Shown in pieces: positions 1 through 8,965 of a stretch of DNA of 64,000 bases. Below the pieces are notes generated by a model. That model did no database searches. It was not told the origin of the DNA and saw only the letters and a program-made list of their open reading frames with translations. Source of the stretch: a virus; IMG/VR virus record IMGVR_UViG_3300045988_151591, positions 34,841 to 98,840 of that record. One strand, written 5' to 3'. Position 1 is the stretch's first letter. Each line of letters begins with the position of its first letter. The position numbers and the translations under genes are program-made.

Positions 1-23
1 GGAACAAGAATATAGAGTTTCGT

Positions 24-497
24 ATGGGGAGTGCTGCCCCTGGAGACCGTGACCTTTATGATGCTGCTAACGGCATATATTACAAGTTTTTAGATTCCGA
101 ACATCCTGGGACGTATATTATTGCCATTTTGAAAAGTCCATGTGAGAAAGGAAAGATGGTCATGTGTTACGCTTTTTTGATACACGAGTCGAACAACGTT
201 GAGACCCTCTATGTGGCAGACGATACTTTGCCGATGCCATATAGCGACTATTCGATGGGTTTCTGTAATCTTATCGGCAGGTATGCGTCTTTGCATCTAC
301 GAGGGACATACAAAATGGCGACCCTCACGATGGAGGATGTGAAGCACATCAACGGTTATATAAGAAAGGTAGGCTATATGGTGGATTTTAGGACAGAGAT
401 ATGCAATATTCCGTCTTATTACTCAGTCTCTGCAAGACTTACTCGTCCTCTTTTTAAGAGGCACAAACATCGTCATGGTAAACAAGGAAATAAGTAA
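24..497 (+). CDS. hypothetical protein (157 aa)
   Basis: Intact ORF ahead of the packaging block. No motif recognised. Confidence 0.35.
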   Translation: MGSAAPGDRDLYDAANGIYYKFLDSEHPGTYIIAILKSPCEKGKMVMCYAFLIHESNNVETLYVADDTLPMPYSDYSMGFCNLIGRYASLHLRGTYKMATLTMEDVKHINGYIRKVGYMVDFRTEICNIPSYYSVSARLTRPLFKRHKHRHGKQGNK

Positions 498-605
498 TCT
501 TTAATCATATTACATCAAAATATCCTGAATTGTTTATTCAAAAAGAAGGGCAGCCGTTGTGATAACGTCTGCCCTTCGCCTTTCTTATGCAAAGCTCAAA
601 ACTCC

Positions 606-2600
606 CTATCTGCCACTCGGCAGCACAAACCAACCGCCACCGACTCGGAAGAACTTGCAACCTAAGTACAGCGTATCGAAGGCATCCGTGAAGTCGGTAC
701 GTTGCTGCAGGGGCAGCGTGTCCTCGCTTTCGGGCTTCTTCTCCTGACTCTTGTCTTTGTGAAATCCCTTGTACGAAATCTGCACCTCACAGAGCTGCAT
801 GGCGATGATAAGGTCGGGATTGTTTACCTGGTTGATGCGGATGGCGGGGTAGGAGAGGTGAGCCAAGCCGTCGTTGATGATCTTGTGCTTTACCTCGTGC
901 TTTTCGGGAGCACCCATATCTATGGCCGTCACGTTCCAACCGTGCTTCTCCAATTCTTCAATCACGGTCATGTAGAATCGCTCGTCCGACGAAGCATACG
1001 ACGCTCCCTGCTTTGCCGTAGCATCATAGAAATATGTCACGTCGCGGTTGATGGCTCGCTTCGGTGCGTAATAGTCGGAGAAATCGGCTATCACATCACG
1101 CAGCTTGCGCTCGTTCTTCACATAGAAACTCTTGATGACGTTCAGACATTCCATGCCGTCACGCTCATACATCTGCCCGACCACCAACGTATTGATATTG
1201 GCATTGTAATCCAAGGCTATATACAAAGGTAGGGAGTTGATGCAGTCGGAGTCCTGGCGGCAGTCGTTTCGCTCTCCCAACTCCTTGAAGTCGGGTTGAT
1301 AACTCTCGCTCGTGACTTTCTTTCCACCGATGATGCCCGATACCTTTTGCGTAGTGAATTTTGCAGACGATAAAGGGTCTATCTCGTCGGGGATATATCC
1401 GTGGACATGATCGATGTCGAGGTTGGAGTAAAAGCCGTCATTACTTTTTTGAATCTTTACATTCAGAATTGAAACGGCGAAAGTGTAGGGTGGAAGGTCT
1501 CGCTTCATCTGACGGATATAGTCTTCACCCAGAATATCCACATTGTCGAGCGATGACGCACGGCGCACACAGAAAGCCACACGGCGCAGTTCACGCAGAT
1601 AGTTTTCGGAGAATTTCTTTGAGCGCTGGAACATCTGCATCTCAAAATCCTCTTCCGGCGTGATGAGGTATTCGTAATCGTAAATCAGTTCGGCATCGTC
1701 CTGCGAAATGAGCTTATAGTTTACCGCCATCTCCACCATACCCTTTGTGACGTGTTGCCCATGGTTGGGCATAATGCGGAACTGCCCTTCATGCTTCATC
1801 ATCTTCAGAGCCACGGCACGGATCATCGTGCGCAACTCCTTCGGTACCACACGCACCGAGTGACTGGTCTTCTTGGCGTTATACAGTAGGTCGTTGTAGC
1901 GTATCACCTTGTTGGCGTAATCTTCCAACTGCTCCTGCACCCATCGGTAGGTATGGCCCTTGTATGGTCCCGTCTCCACCGTCAAGTCCAACTTTTCCTC
2001 CTCTTTCTCCAGCCACGACCCTTTGGCTGTGAGCGAGGCATCGGATAGGAAGCGTGTACTTTTATACATCGGGTTGTGGTCGGAGAAGTTGATGTCGCCC
2101 AAGGGATGCGTCTGTCCTGAAAGAGCCGGCATCAACTCGTCGGTCACTTTCTTATAGGGAAAGAACCTCGCCTCGTCGCCTACCATGGCCGAGAACGTGT
2201 AAGAGTTGGCAGAGGCAGTCTGCGAGAGCGAGATGAGCACCCAACCGGAACCATTGGCAAACCAGATGTAGTTGTCGTAGTTCTTAGGTTTGAAGATACT
2301 CTCGCGAGCATGTTTCGGTGGGCGACCCCAACCGAAGTGTATGCCCTGCGTAAAGCCGAACATACGCTCCATGGCCGCCATCGTACTTGGTATGGTCTTG
2401 CCGAAGCCTTGCTGACGGCTCACAGCCACCCATGCGCCAAGCATACCAGGCATGGAGTTTGATGCCGTCCAGACATAGGGAGCCACCAGTCCGTCGGTCT
2501 TACCCACACGACGGGCAGCAATCACTCGCTCGTCCTTGGCTCCCATGTATAGCGACTGCTGCTGGAATTTGGTTAAGTAAATGTTATGTGCTTGCTGCAT
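606..2600 (-). CDS. terminase large subunit (TerL)-like
   Basis: 664 aa. N-terminal P-loop-like 'RRVGKTDG' ATPase segment. Acidic C-terminal nuclease-like region. Sits downstream of DNA-modification genes in a phage context. Confidence 0.6.
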   Translation of the reverse strand: MQQAHNIYLTKFQQQSLYMGAKDERVIAARRVGKTDGLVAPYVWTASNSMPGMLGAWVAVSRQQGFGKTIPSTMAAMERMFGFTQGIHFGWGRPPKHARESIFKPKNYDNYIWFANGSGWVLISLSQTASANSYTFSAMVGDEARFFPYKKVTDELMPALSGQTHPLGDINFSDHNPMYKSTRFLSDASLTAKGSWLEKEEEKLDLTVETGPYKGHTYRWVQEQLEDYANKVIRYNDLLYNAKKTSHSVRVVPKELRTMIRAVALKMMKHEGQFRIMPNHGQHVTKGMVEMAVNYKLISQDDAELIYDYEYLITPEEDFEMQMFQRSKKFSENYLRELRRVAFCVRRASSLDNVDILGEDYIRQMKRDLPPYTFAVSILNVKIQKSNDGFYSNLDIDHVHGYIPDEIDPLSSAKFTTQKVSGIIGGKKVTSESYQPDFKELGERNDCRQDSDCINSLPLYIALDYNANINTLVVGQMYERDGMECLNVIKSFYVKNERKLRDVIADFSDYYAPKRAINRDVTYFYDATAKQGASYASSDERFYMTVIEELEKHGWNVTAIDMGAPEKHEVKHKIINDGLAHLSYPAIRINQVNNPDLIIAMQLCEVQISYKGFHKDKSQEKKPESEDTLPLQQRTDFTDAFDTLYLGCKFFRVGGGWFVLPSGR

Positions 2601-2630
2601 TGTTGTTATCCTGATTTTGTGTTGTGTTTC

Positions 2631-2861
2631 TTATTCGCTACGCGTCTTATGCCCCACATGCCATTTGCTGCACGTCCTGCACCGGTACACCGTCATGCCC
2701 TGCGCCCTTAGCTTCGGGTTCTGATTGAGATATTCCCAAGCATCATCCTCCGTCTCGTAGGCCTCCTTCGCCTTCCACGAGCGCTGCTTGCGAGTGTAGT
2801 GTTCGGGGTCCGGCTTGAACGGTGGTACCTTGTTGAAGTATTTGTGTCGGTTGTTACTCAT
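2631..2861 (-). CDS. small zinc-ribbon protein
   Basis: 76 aa, basic, with a C-terminal CRTCSKWH...H Cys/His cluster. Confidence 0.4.
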   Translation of the reverse strand: MSNNRHKYFNKVPPFKPDPEHYTRKQRSWKAKEAYETEDDAWEYLNQNPKLRAQGMTVYRCRTCSKWHVGHKTRSE

Positions 2862-2894
2862 GTGTTGTTTTTGTGTTAATTGTTAGTTATGTTG

Positions 2895-3797
2895 TTAGAA
2901 GAGGGTCGGCTGCGCCATCTCCAATTTAATGCGCTTGCAAGCCTTGTTGTAATACTCCTTATTGAGCTCGAAGCCGATGAAGTTGCGCTTGGTCTGTATG
3001 CAGCCTATCTGCGTCGTTCCCACTCCCGAAAACGGGTCTAAGACAATATCGCCTTCGTTACTGCTGGCTTTTATCAGCCTACGGATTAGTTTTAACGGCT
3101 TTTGAGTGGGATGGATATGTTTTTCTTCATAGAAGTTAATATCAGACCACACGTCAGTAACCCCTATTTGCGGATTGAATGTCTGAGCGACTTTTTCATA
3201 CGGACAATCAAAGGAGAGTACATGGGAAAGTTTGTCCCAGAGCTCCTTCGTAGGAAATTGCTCACATACGTTATTGCCGGTGTAAATACTCCACATGCCA
3301 CCGCCATTAGACTTAACACCCAACGCTTCATTGATTTGCTTGGCAGTCAGTCCTAATGCTTCTTGGCGTTCTTTGAGGAATGGCTTTACAAACTTCTTAT
3401 TGTCTTTGATTATAAAGAGTACGCTTTCCGTTACGTTAGGAAACATCTTGTATCTTCGTGTAGCCCGTCCGCTTACGACACGCATACCCTTATCAATAAC
3501 AATTTGCTGTCTTAATTCAAGTCCAAGTGATTCAAGGTAAGGAATGAGCAAGACTAAGATTCTGAAATAACCAAAGCAGTAGAATGTTCCACCTATACGC
3601 AAAACTCGCGCAACCTCCTTCAACCATTTAATGCACCATTCCACATAGTCGCTCTCAGTTCTCCATTGATAATCCCATTGCTCGTCAATTACCTTCCAGT
3701 AAGGAGGGTCTGCAACTGCAAGGTCTATGGAATTATCTTGAATGGCTTTCATCCCTTCCAGGCAGTCTTCGTTATATATCTTATTCAGTTCTATCAT
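2895..3797 (-). CDS. DNA methyltransferase (N6-adenine/N4-cytosine, beta class)
   Basis: DPPY motif IV near the N-terminus ('AVADPPYW'). FxGxG motif I near the C-terminus ('VLDPFSGVGTT'). This order indicates the beta class. Confidence 0.85.
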   Translation of the reverse strand: MIELNKIYNEDCLEGMKAIQDNSIDLAVADPPYWKVIDEQWDYQWRTESDYVEWCIKWLKEVARVLRIGGTFYCFGYFRILVLLIPYLESLGLELRQQIVIDKGMRVVSGRATRRYKMFPNVTESVLFIIKDNKKFVKPFLKERQEALGLTAKQINEALGVKSNGGGMWSIYTGNNVCEQFPTKELWDKLSHVLSFDCPYEKVAQTFNPQIGVTDVWSDINFYEEKHIHPTQKPLKLIRRLIKASSNEGDIVLDPFSGVGTTQIGCIQTKRNFIGFELNKEYYNKACKRIKLEMAQPTLF

Positions 3798-3819
3798 GCT
3801 TTGTTGTTTTGTAAAATTA

Positions 3820-4428
3820 TCAGTTAAACCATTTCACAGTTGTCTCGCCTTTATATCCTTTCTCCCACACGAACCAGGCGTAAGCCGCAGCGCTGCTGCC
3901 GTACTTGTCGAAGTCGCCATTCATAGCGCATTTCAGTCTTGACGAGCTTACCCAAACACGAATGGGTGGGGTAGAACGGAAGAGAGCGCGTCGACCCTTG
4001 CCTTCGAGGAAAGTCAGCTTCAGGAACATCGCCACCTTCTTTCCTTCGGGGATGATGCTCAGAGCCTTCTCCACAAACTGCTGCGCATATTTGTATGGAG
4101 GATTGGTAACGATGTTGCCGTCCCATTCCATATTGTCAATAGAGAGAAAGTCGGCAACCTCACCGTACCCTCTATCCACAAGATCGCGGCTCACCACCTC
4201 ATACCCTGCTGCCTCCAATACTCTACTCATGTGACCCTCGCCACACGAAGGCTCAAGAATCCTGCCCTCAAACCTCTCCAGCTTGCACAGCCATTCCGTC
4301 GCCTTTGGCTCAGTGGCATAGTAATCCTCCCGCTGTCTATCCGCATTCGTATGGTTGCTTGCGCCCAACGTCTTGAATACAGCATCCGAGCCGCCTACCC
4401 AGTCCTTTCTTTTTATGTTGTTATTCAT
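3820..4428 (-). CDS. DNA N6-adenine methyltransferase (NPPY type)
   Basis: 'EPSCGEGH' AdoMet motif I is followed by 'NPPY' motif IV ('IVTNPPYKYAQQF'). Confidence 0.8.
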   Translation of the reverse strand: MNNNIKRKDWVGGSDAVFKTLGASNHTNADRQREDYYATEPKATEWLCKLERFEGRILEPSCGEGHMSRVLEAAGYEVVSRDLVDRGYGEVADFLSIDNMEWDGNIVTNPPYKYAQQFVEKALSIIPEGKKVAMFLKLTFLEGKGRRALFRSTPPIRVWVSSSRLKCAMNGDFDKYGSSAAAYAWFVWEKGYKGETTVKWFN

Positions 4429-4469
4429 GTTGTGTAGAGTTTTTGTTGCTTATAATGAAAGTTCCAGTC

Positions 4470-4751
4470 TTAGAAGAATTTTGCGGGCTGACATTCATCG
4501 ATTAACTTGCGTGTTTCTTCAGCACAAGCAGCCACGCATTTTTCTACTGCTTCTGTGATGTCTTTGATTTGATCCTCACGCATATTGTTGTATTTATCAC
4601 AAGTGTCCTCTATTATTTGGTAGAGAGTCTGTTTTTGTAAAGCCTCCATATAGTCCACATACTCCTTGCACGTCTTGCGCCCTGGCTCCTTTACCCAATC
4701 GATGAAGTCCTTCTTCCAGTCCTTCCATGTCTTGATATTTATTGTTATCAT
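4470..4751 (-). CDS. hypothetical protein (93 aa)
   Basis: ORF in operon orientation between the methyltransferase and PAPS-reductase genes. Confidence 0.4.
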   Translation of the reverse strand: MITINIKTWKDWKKDFIDWVKEPGRKTCKEYVDYMEALQKQTLYQIIEDTCDKYNNMREDQIKDITEAVEKCVAACAEETRKLIDECQPAKFF

Positions 4752-4757
4752 TGTCGC

Positions 4758-5087
4758 TTACATTTTGAATTGTTTTTTCAAGAAAGTGTTGCTTTTAATA
4801 AGCTCTATCATTTCCTCCTCGGAGTGTATTCCTTCCCAAAATACTTCAGTATGCGACCCACCCCTTTCATCATCTACGGAGAACGGCACGGCATAGTTGG
4901 TATATACAACACCGTGATGTTTTATCAAGTGACGACCGGGATTCTTGTAGATGTTATTGATCCACGTCTCGTTGTCACATTCAGTCCATATTTTGCATTC
5001 TTCGAGGGTAAGGTATTTGTCGATACCCATAGGGTAGTGTCCTGCCCGCCCGTTGCCTTCTGTCCCGAAATAAATAATCTTTGCCAT
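4758..5087 (-). CDS. hypothetical protein (109 aa)
   Basis: ORF in operon orientation. 6-bp gap to the next gene. Confidence 0.45.
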   Translation of the reverse strand: MAKIIYFGTEGNGRAGHYPMGIDKYLTLEECKIWTECDNETWINNIYKNPGRHLIKHHGVVYTNYAVPFSVDDERGGSHTEVFWEGIHSEEEMIELIKSNTFLKKQFKM

Positions 5088-5108
5088 ATCGTTATTGTTT
5101 TGTGTTGT

Positions 5109-5957
5109 TTATAATGTCAAGTCAATACCGAACTTGTCCTCCAAGAACTTCTTGAAGTCCGGCTTACCGAACAGCCCTGTGCTTACCTTGTTCCAATCTG
5201 CATTGGAGCTGTAAAACACGTTGCTGGTGAACCATTCGTAAACGTTGTCGTACCGCTGGCACGCCTTGCTGTCAGGATGCGTTTCCCTAAATCGTTGCCC
5301 CGCACGGAGATACGCCTTTGCTATCTTGGGATATTTCTGAAACTCGATAATGCGCTTGCGCCTTGATACGAGAGGGCAGCACATGCAGCCGAGACGTTTC
5401 GACACGTCGATTTGCCCCGAATTGTAATAAATGGGTGCGAGTTTCAACTTTCTGTCTATGATGAAGTCGCGCACGTCCTCATCGGTCCATTCCAGAATAG
5501 GATAAATCTGTTCTACGTGATTTTCCTCTTTCTTCGCTCCGTAGTATCGGCACACTGTTGGCTCGTCGTATCTTTCGCCTCTTTTTCTGCTCTCAGCTTT
5601 GCGCACGCCGATAATACTTTTGTTGAGCACCTTATATTCCTTCAGTTTTTCACAACAGAAACGAGTAAAGCGAGATGGAAATCCTTTCTGCGCCACGAGA
5701 TGAAAAAAGGAGGTCTTGGCCCGCAGTATCTCCACTCCCATCTCCCTGACGTGCCCCAACGTGCCTGGCGGGTCGATGGTCGTATTCTTGTATATGGCCC
5801 GATACTTGATGCCGGCCTCTTTCGCCAGTTGAAGGATCACGTCGGAGTCCTTACCGCCCGAGTAGGCTATCTCTATCTCGCTGTCGTATCGCTTCTGCAC
5901 ACTCTGCAGGAGTTTTATCGACTGTTTTACCTTTTTCTGCAGTTGTTCGTTTAACAT
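5109..5957 (-). CDS. PAPS reductase / PP-loop ATP pyrophosphatase family protein (DndC/CysH-like)
   Basis: Canonical PP-loop 'SGGKDS' at residues ~33-38. C-terminal Cys cluster 'CMCCP'. Confidence 0.85.
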   Translation of the reverse strand: MLNEQLQKKVKQSIKLLQSVQKRYDSEIEIAYSGGKDSDVILQLAKEAGIKYRAIYKNTTIDPPGTLGHVREMGVEILRAKTSFFHLVAQKGFPSRFTRFCCEKLKEYKVLNKSIIGVRKAESRKRGERYDEPTVCRYYGAKKEENHVEQIYPILEWTDEDVRDFIIDRKLKLAPIYYNSGQIDVSKRLGCMCCPLVSRRKRIIEFQKYPKIAKAYLRAGQRFRETHPDSKACQRYDNVYEWFTSNVFYSSNADWNKVSTGLFGKPDFKKFLEDKFGIDLTL

Positions 5958-5960
5958 ATT

Positions 5961-5995
5961 TTTTATAGTCTTTTTATAGTGTTTTTATAGCGCAT
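5961..5995. repeat. 3x tandem TTTTTATAG(N)(N)
   Basis: Sequence reads 'ttttttatagtctttttatagtgtttttatagcg'. Lies directly upstream of the PAPS reductase gene on the minus strand. Confidence 0.5.
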
Positions 5996-6086
5996 TTATG
6001 CACTATATATTTGCTGAGGTTCGATTCTTTTGGAGAAATCAGCCGACTCTTTTGATGAAATCAACCGGCCGCCGTTTTTCCCATGT

Positions 6087-6212
6087 GCTAACACTTTTGA
6101 TGCAAAGGGCTAACACATTCGATGCAAAGGGCTAACACTTTCGTTTTAATGTGTCGGCACATTCGCTGTTCAAACGATGCCCATTGTTTATATCAAACGA
6201 TGCCCATCACCT
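6087..6212. promoter_or_regulatory. repeat array: 3x GATGCAAAGGGCTAACAC plus 2x AACGATGCCCATTGTT half-palindromes
   Basis: Direct repeats read in the intergenic region. The second motif recurs at 30971-31061. Confidence 0.55.
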
Positions 6213-6226
6213 TCATAAGGTCATGC

Positions 6227-7033
6227 CTATTCTTCATTATCCGTCTTTTCGGAATCCGTCAATTCGCTTTCTTTCATGTACCCGTGTCTAATCACATCCT
6301 CCTCGTCCTTCTGCTCCATGTACTCGAAGTAGTCCGGCTCAGTATCTTTGCCTACAGCCTGCAGGGATTCCTCTTCGGCTATATCCCGCATATCCTTTGC
6401 CGTAAGACCATACTTGCGGGCCAGACGTAGCTTCTCCTCCTCAGTATAGTTGATGCGGTCGCGTTTCACGATGCTCACGTCCTGCGTGATGGCAATGCGA
6501 CTCATGTCCGGCATCTCGTCCGTAGCGTCCTTCTCCTCGATGAAGTTGCCGTATATGTTGGTCAAGGCCTGCATACCCTTATCCACGGCACGGTCGTTGT
6601 TCTGCTGTTTGCCCGTGCGTATCAACCATTCTGCCGAATTGAGGTACATGGCCTTGTGGCGCGGACTCTCGTCGGTGGTGAAGAAGCGGATGATATGATT
6701 GCACACCGCCACGTCGTTGTTGAGCTCCGTGATGGTGCGATTTTTCACATTACCCTCGTCGTCCACCGTGATGCCCAGAGCCTGAATCATCGCCACAGCC
6801 TCCTTGTTGCCCTGTGCGGCTTGGTTGATGAACAACTCGTAGTCACGTCGGGCAATGTTGCGACAGGTGGTACGAGGGTCGATGTCCTTGTTCTGCACCC
6901 ACCTTTTGTAATATTCCGCACATATCTGCATACGATAGCGCTGCTCCAGGTTCGGGAACATCGTCTCGATGCTGATGCCTTGCGCCAACCATTTGTCGAT
7001 GCGTGCCAATGTGCCTTGTGTTATCTGACTCAT
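6227..7033 (-). CDS. hypothetical protein. Possible DNA-binding or small-terminase candidate, with an acidic C-terminal tail.
   Basis: 268 aa. First gene of the minus-strand operon that ends in TerL. No family motif recognised. Confidence 0.4.
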   Translation of the reverse strand: MSQITQGTLARIDKWLAQGISIETMFPNLEQRYRMQICAEYYKRWVQNKDIDPRTTCRNIARRDYELFINQAAQGNKEAVAMIQALGITVDDEGNVKNRTITELNNDVAVCNHIIRFFTTDESPRHKAMYLNSAEWLIRTGKQQNNDRAVDKGMQALTNIYGNFIEEKDATDEMPDMSRIAITQDVSIVKRDRINYTEEEKLRLARKYGLTAKDMRDIAEEESLQAVGKDTEPDYFEYMEQKDEEDVIRHGYMKESELTDSEKTDNEE

Positions 7034-7155
7034 CTTGTTTATGTTGTTTGTTACGTCGGCAAAGTTACGAAATCATCCAAAAACGATTGGGACATACCTC
7101 TCTGCCTGTCCGTATGCGAAAAAAAATATGTCCCACCCGTTTTTTCTCCTTTCAT

Positions 7156-7163
7156 TACCTTTG
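7156..7163 (+). promoter_or_regulatory. Bacteroidetes -7 promoter motif TAccTTTG
   Basis: 'tacctttg' lies ~70 bp upstream of the 7232 start. Confidence 0.45.
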
Positions 7164-7231
7164 CATCGTATCTTAATCAAAACAGGATAACACTTCACAT
7201 TTACATCACACATTAAAAATCAAACACAACA

Positions 7232-7762
7232 ATGCAAACGATCTTACCCAACATTACCCGATTCATAGCAGCCGCAATAGGTCTGCTGTGGTGTTACATC
7301 GAACCCTCACTCAACTACATCGGTGTATGCTTCTTCGCCCTTCTACTGGATTGCTACACGGCATGGCGGCTCAACCGCCGTATCTACAGCCGGTATCGTG
7401 AGGCTATCAAGAAGAACCCCAAATGCCAGATGGACGGCAAGCTGAAATCCAAGAAGATGACCAAGATGGTGCAGGACTTCTCCGTCCTCATCCTCGCCAT
7501 CTTCCTCGCCACCGCCATCGACACCATCGTACTCGACTACATGAATCCGCTCCATCTCGCCAATTATCTCGCCGCCCTTTACTGCGGAGTCCAGTTTGTC
7601 AGCATCCTTGAGAACGAAAGCACCTGCAACGGAGCAGGGTGGGCGCGAGTGATGCAGAAGATAGTAGCCGACAAGACCGAGCGCCACTTCAATATCAAGT
7701 TGAAGGAACTCATGCGGGATGAGGAAGATATGAGTAAAGAAAAATCCCCCGACCCCGAATAG
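7232..7762 (+). CDS. membrane protein, phage holin-like
   Basis: 176 aa. 3-4 predicted hydrophobic helices. Charged C-terminal tail. Confidence 0.4.
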   Translation: MQTILPNITRFIAAAIGLLWCYIEPSLNYIGVCFFALLLDCYTAWRLNRRIYSRYREAIKKNPKCQMDGKLKSKKMTKMVQDFSVLILAIFLATAIDTIVLDYMNPLHLANYLAALYCGVQFVSILENESTCNGAGWARVMQKIVADKTERHFNIKLKELMRDEEDMSKEKSPDPE

Positions 7763-7807
7763 TAGCATGGGCATCGCCGCCCATAACCCTAATAAAGAGA
7801 AAAGAGA

Positions 7808-8392
7808 ATGGCAACAATAAGCAATATCCTTGAGCATTGGGCTTCCATTTACAAGCCTTTTTCTCACAACCCCGAGAGCAAGCGCCTCGAAGACCAGAGT
7901 TTCTTCCGCATCCGCTACATCGACCTTGAGAACATCTTTTCCCGAAACGCCAACGTAGTTCACTCGCCGTGTATGCTATACAGCGTACTGACCACCGGCG
8001 AACTCGTTGACGCAAAGAAGGCATCTGTCTCTCACCAGGTGTGGTTTCTCGCCAAAGTGAAGGACACGCCGCAGACTCTTGGCCGTTACGACGGCAACAA
8101 GATAGAGCGCACGGCCAACGACCTCACCGACTACTGCAAGGACCTCATAGCCTGGCTTATCGAAGTGAAGCGCACAGGCCGCTGTCCCGTCACAAAGCGC
8201 AGTTTTGCCGACGATGCCATGGTGATGGCGGAGCTGCAAAGCATCGACACCAGCAGCATCTCCTTCGGCATGGTGGGTGACATCTACGCCGGACAATGGC
8301 TCGTGGTGGGCATGGACTGGAAGAGCCTGCAGCCGCTCTACAACTTCGCGTGTGGCAGCAACGGCAAGTATATCGTGCCGGAAGAACCCTAA
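7808..8392 (+). CDS. hypothetical protein (194 aa)
   Basis: ORF upstream of the tape-measure gene. Could be a tail chaperone or tail tube, but nothing in the sequence establishes this. Confidence 0.45.
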   Translation: MATISNILEHWASIYKPFSHNPESKRLEDQSFFRIRYIDLENIFSRNANVVHSPCMLYSVLTTGELVDAKKASVSHQVWFLAKVKDTPQTLGRYDGNKIERTANDLTDYCKDLIAWLIEVKRTGRCPVTKRSFADDAMVMAELQSIDTSSISFGMVGDIYAGQWLVVGMDWKSLQPLYNFACGSNGKYIVPEEP

Positions 8393-8413
8393 CCTTTTAA
8401 TAATATATGCGAT

Positions 8414-8941
8414 ATGGGCAAACCAATCAAAAATCCGATGTTCCCCTTCAATAGGGTAGCGGCTCTCTTCTTTCAGCAGGCCATCAATCAGCTTGAGGTG
8501 AACACCATGACACAGTGCATCTACCCCAAGGAGGTGTATAACGGATATGCTGTCGTCAATCAGAAACGCAAGGAGATGGGACAGTGGTACTCAACTGGCG
8601 AGGGCGCAAAATCGTTTGCCGGAAGAATCATCGAAGCCGGAGAAGGAGGCAAGGTGACGATGGCTTTCCAGTTCAACGACTATATGCGCTTTGTGGATAT
8701 GGGTGTCGGTCAAGGAACGACATACGAGGACGTAGAGTCGGGCAAGAAGGCTCGCTTCCAGACGCGATACGTCAGCAAGTGGGACCGAAAATCGGGCAAG
8801 TCGCAACGTCCTGCCATCATGATGGAGCTTCGCCACCTTCAGCAGCGCATCGCCAACTATCTGGTTGACTTCTACGGCTACGAGGGCGAGGTGAAACTGA
8901 TAAACACCTTCGAGGAAGCAAGTCCGATAAAGATAATGTAA
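8414..8941 (+). CDS. hypothetical protein (175 aa)
   Basis: ORF immediately upstream of the tape-measure gene. Confidence 0.45.
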   Translation: MGKPIKNPMFPFNRVAALFFQQAINQLEVNTMTQCIYPKEVYNGYAVVNQKRKEMGQWYSTGEGAKSFAGRIIEAGEGGKVTMAFQFNDYMRFVDMGVGQGTTYEDVESGKKARFQTRYVSKWDRKSGKSQRPAIMMELRHLQQRIANYLVDFYGYEGEVKLINTFEEASPIKIM

Positions 8942-8965
8942 CAACACAACACAAACACGCTAAAT

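Noticed and set aside
7343-8296. Reverse ORFs overlapping the holin-like and 7808 genes (7343-7963, 7710-8024, 7976-8296)
   Set aside because: They overlap better-supported forward genes. Their translations are Gly/Arg-rich and low complexity.
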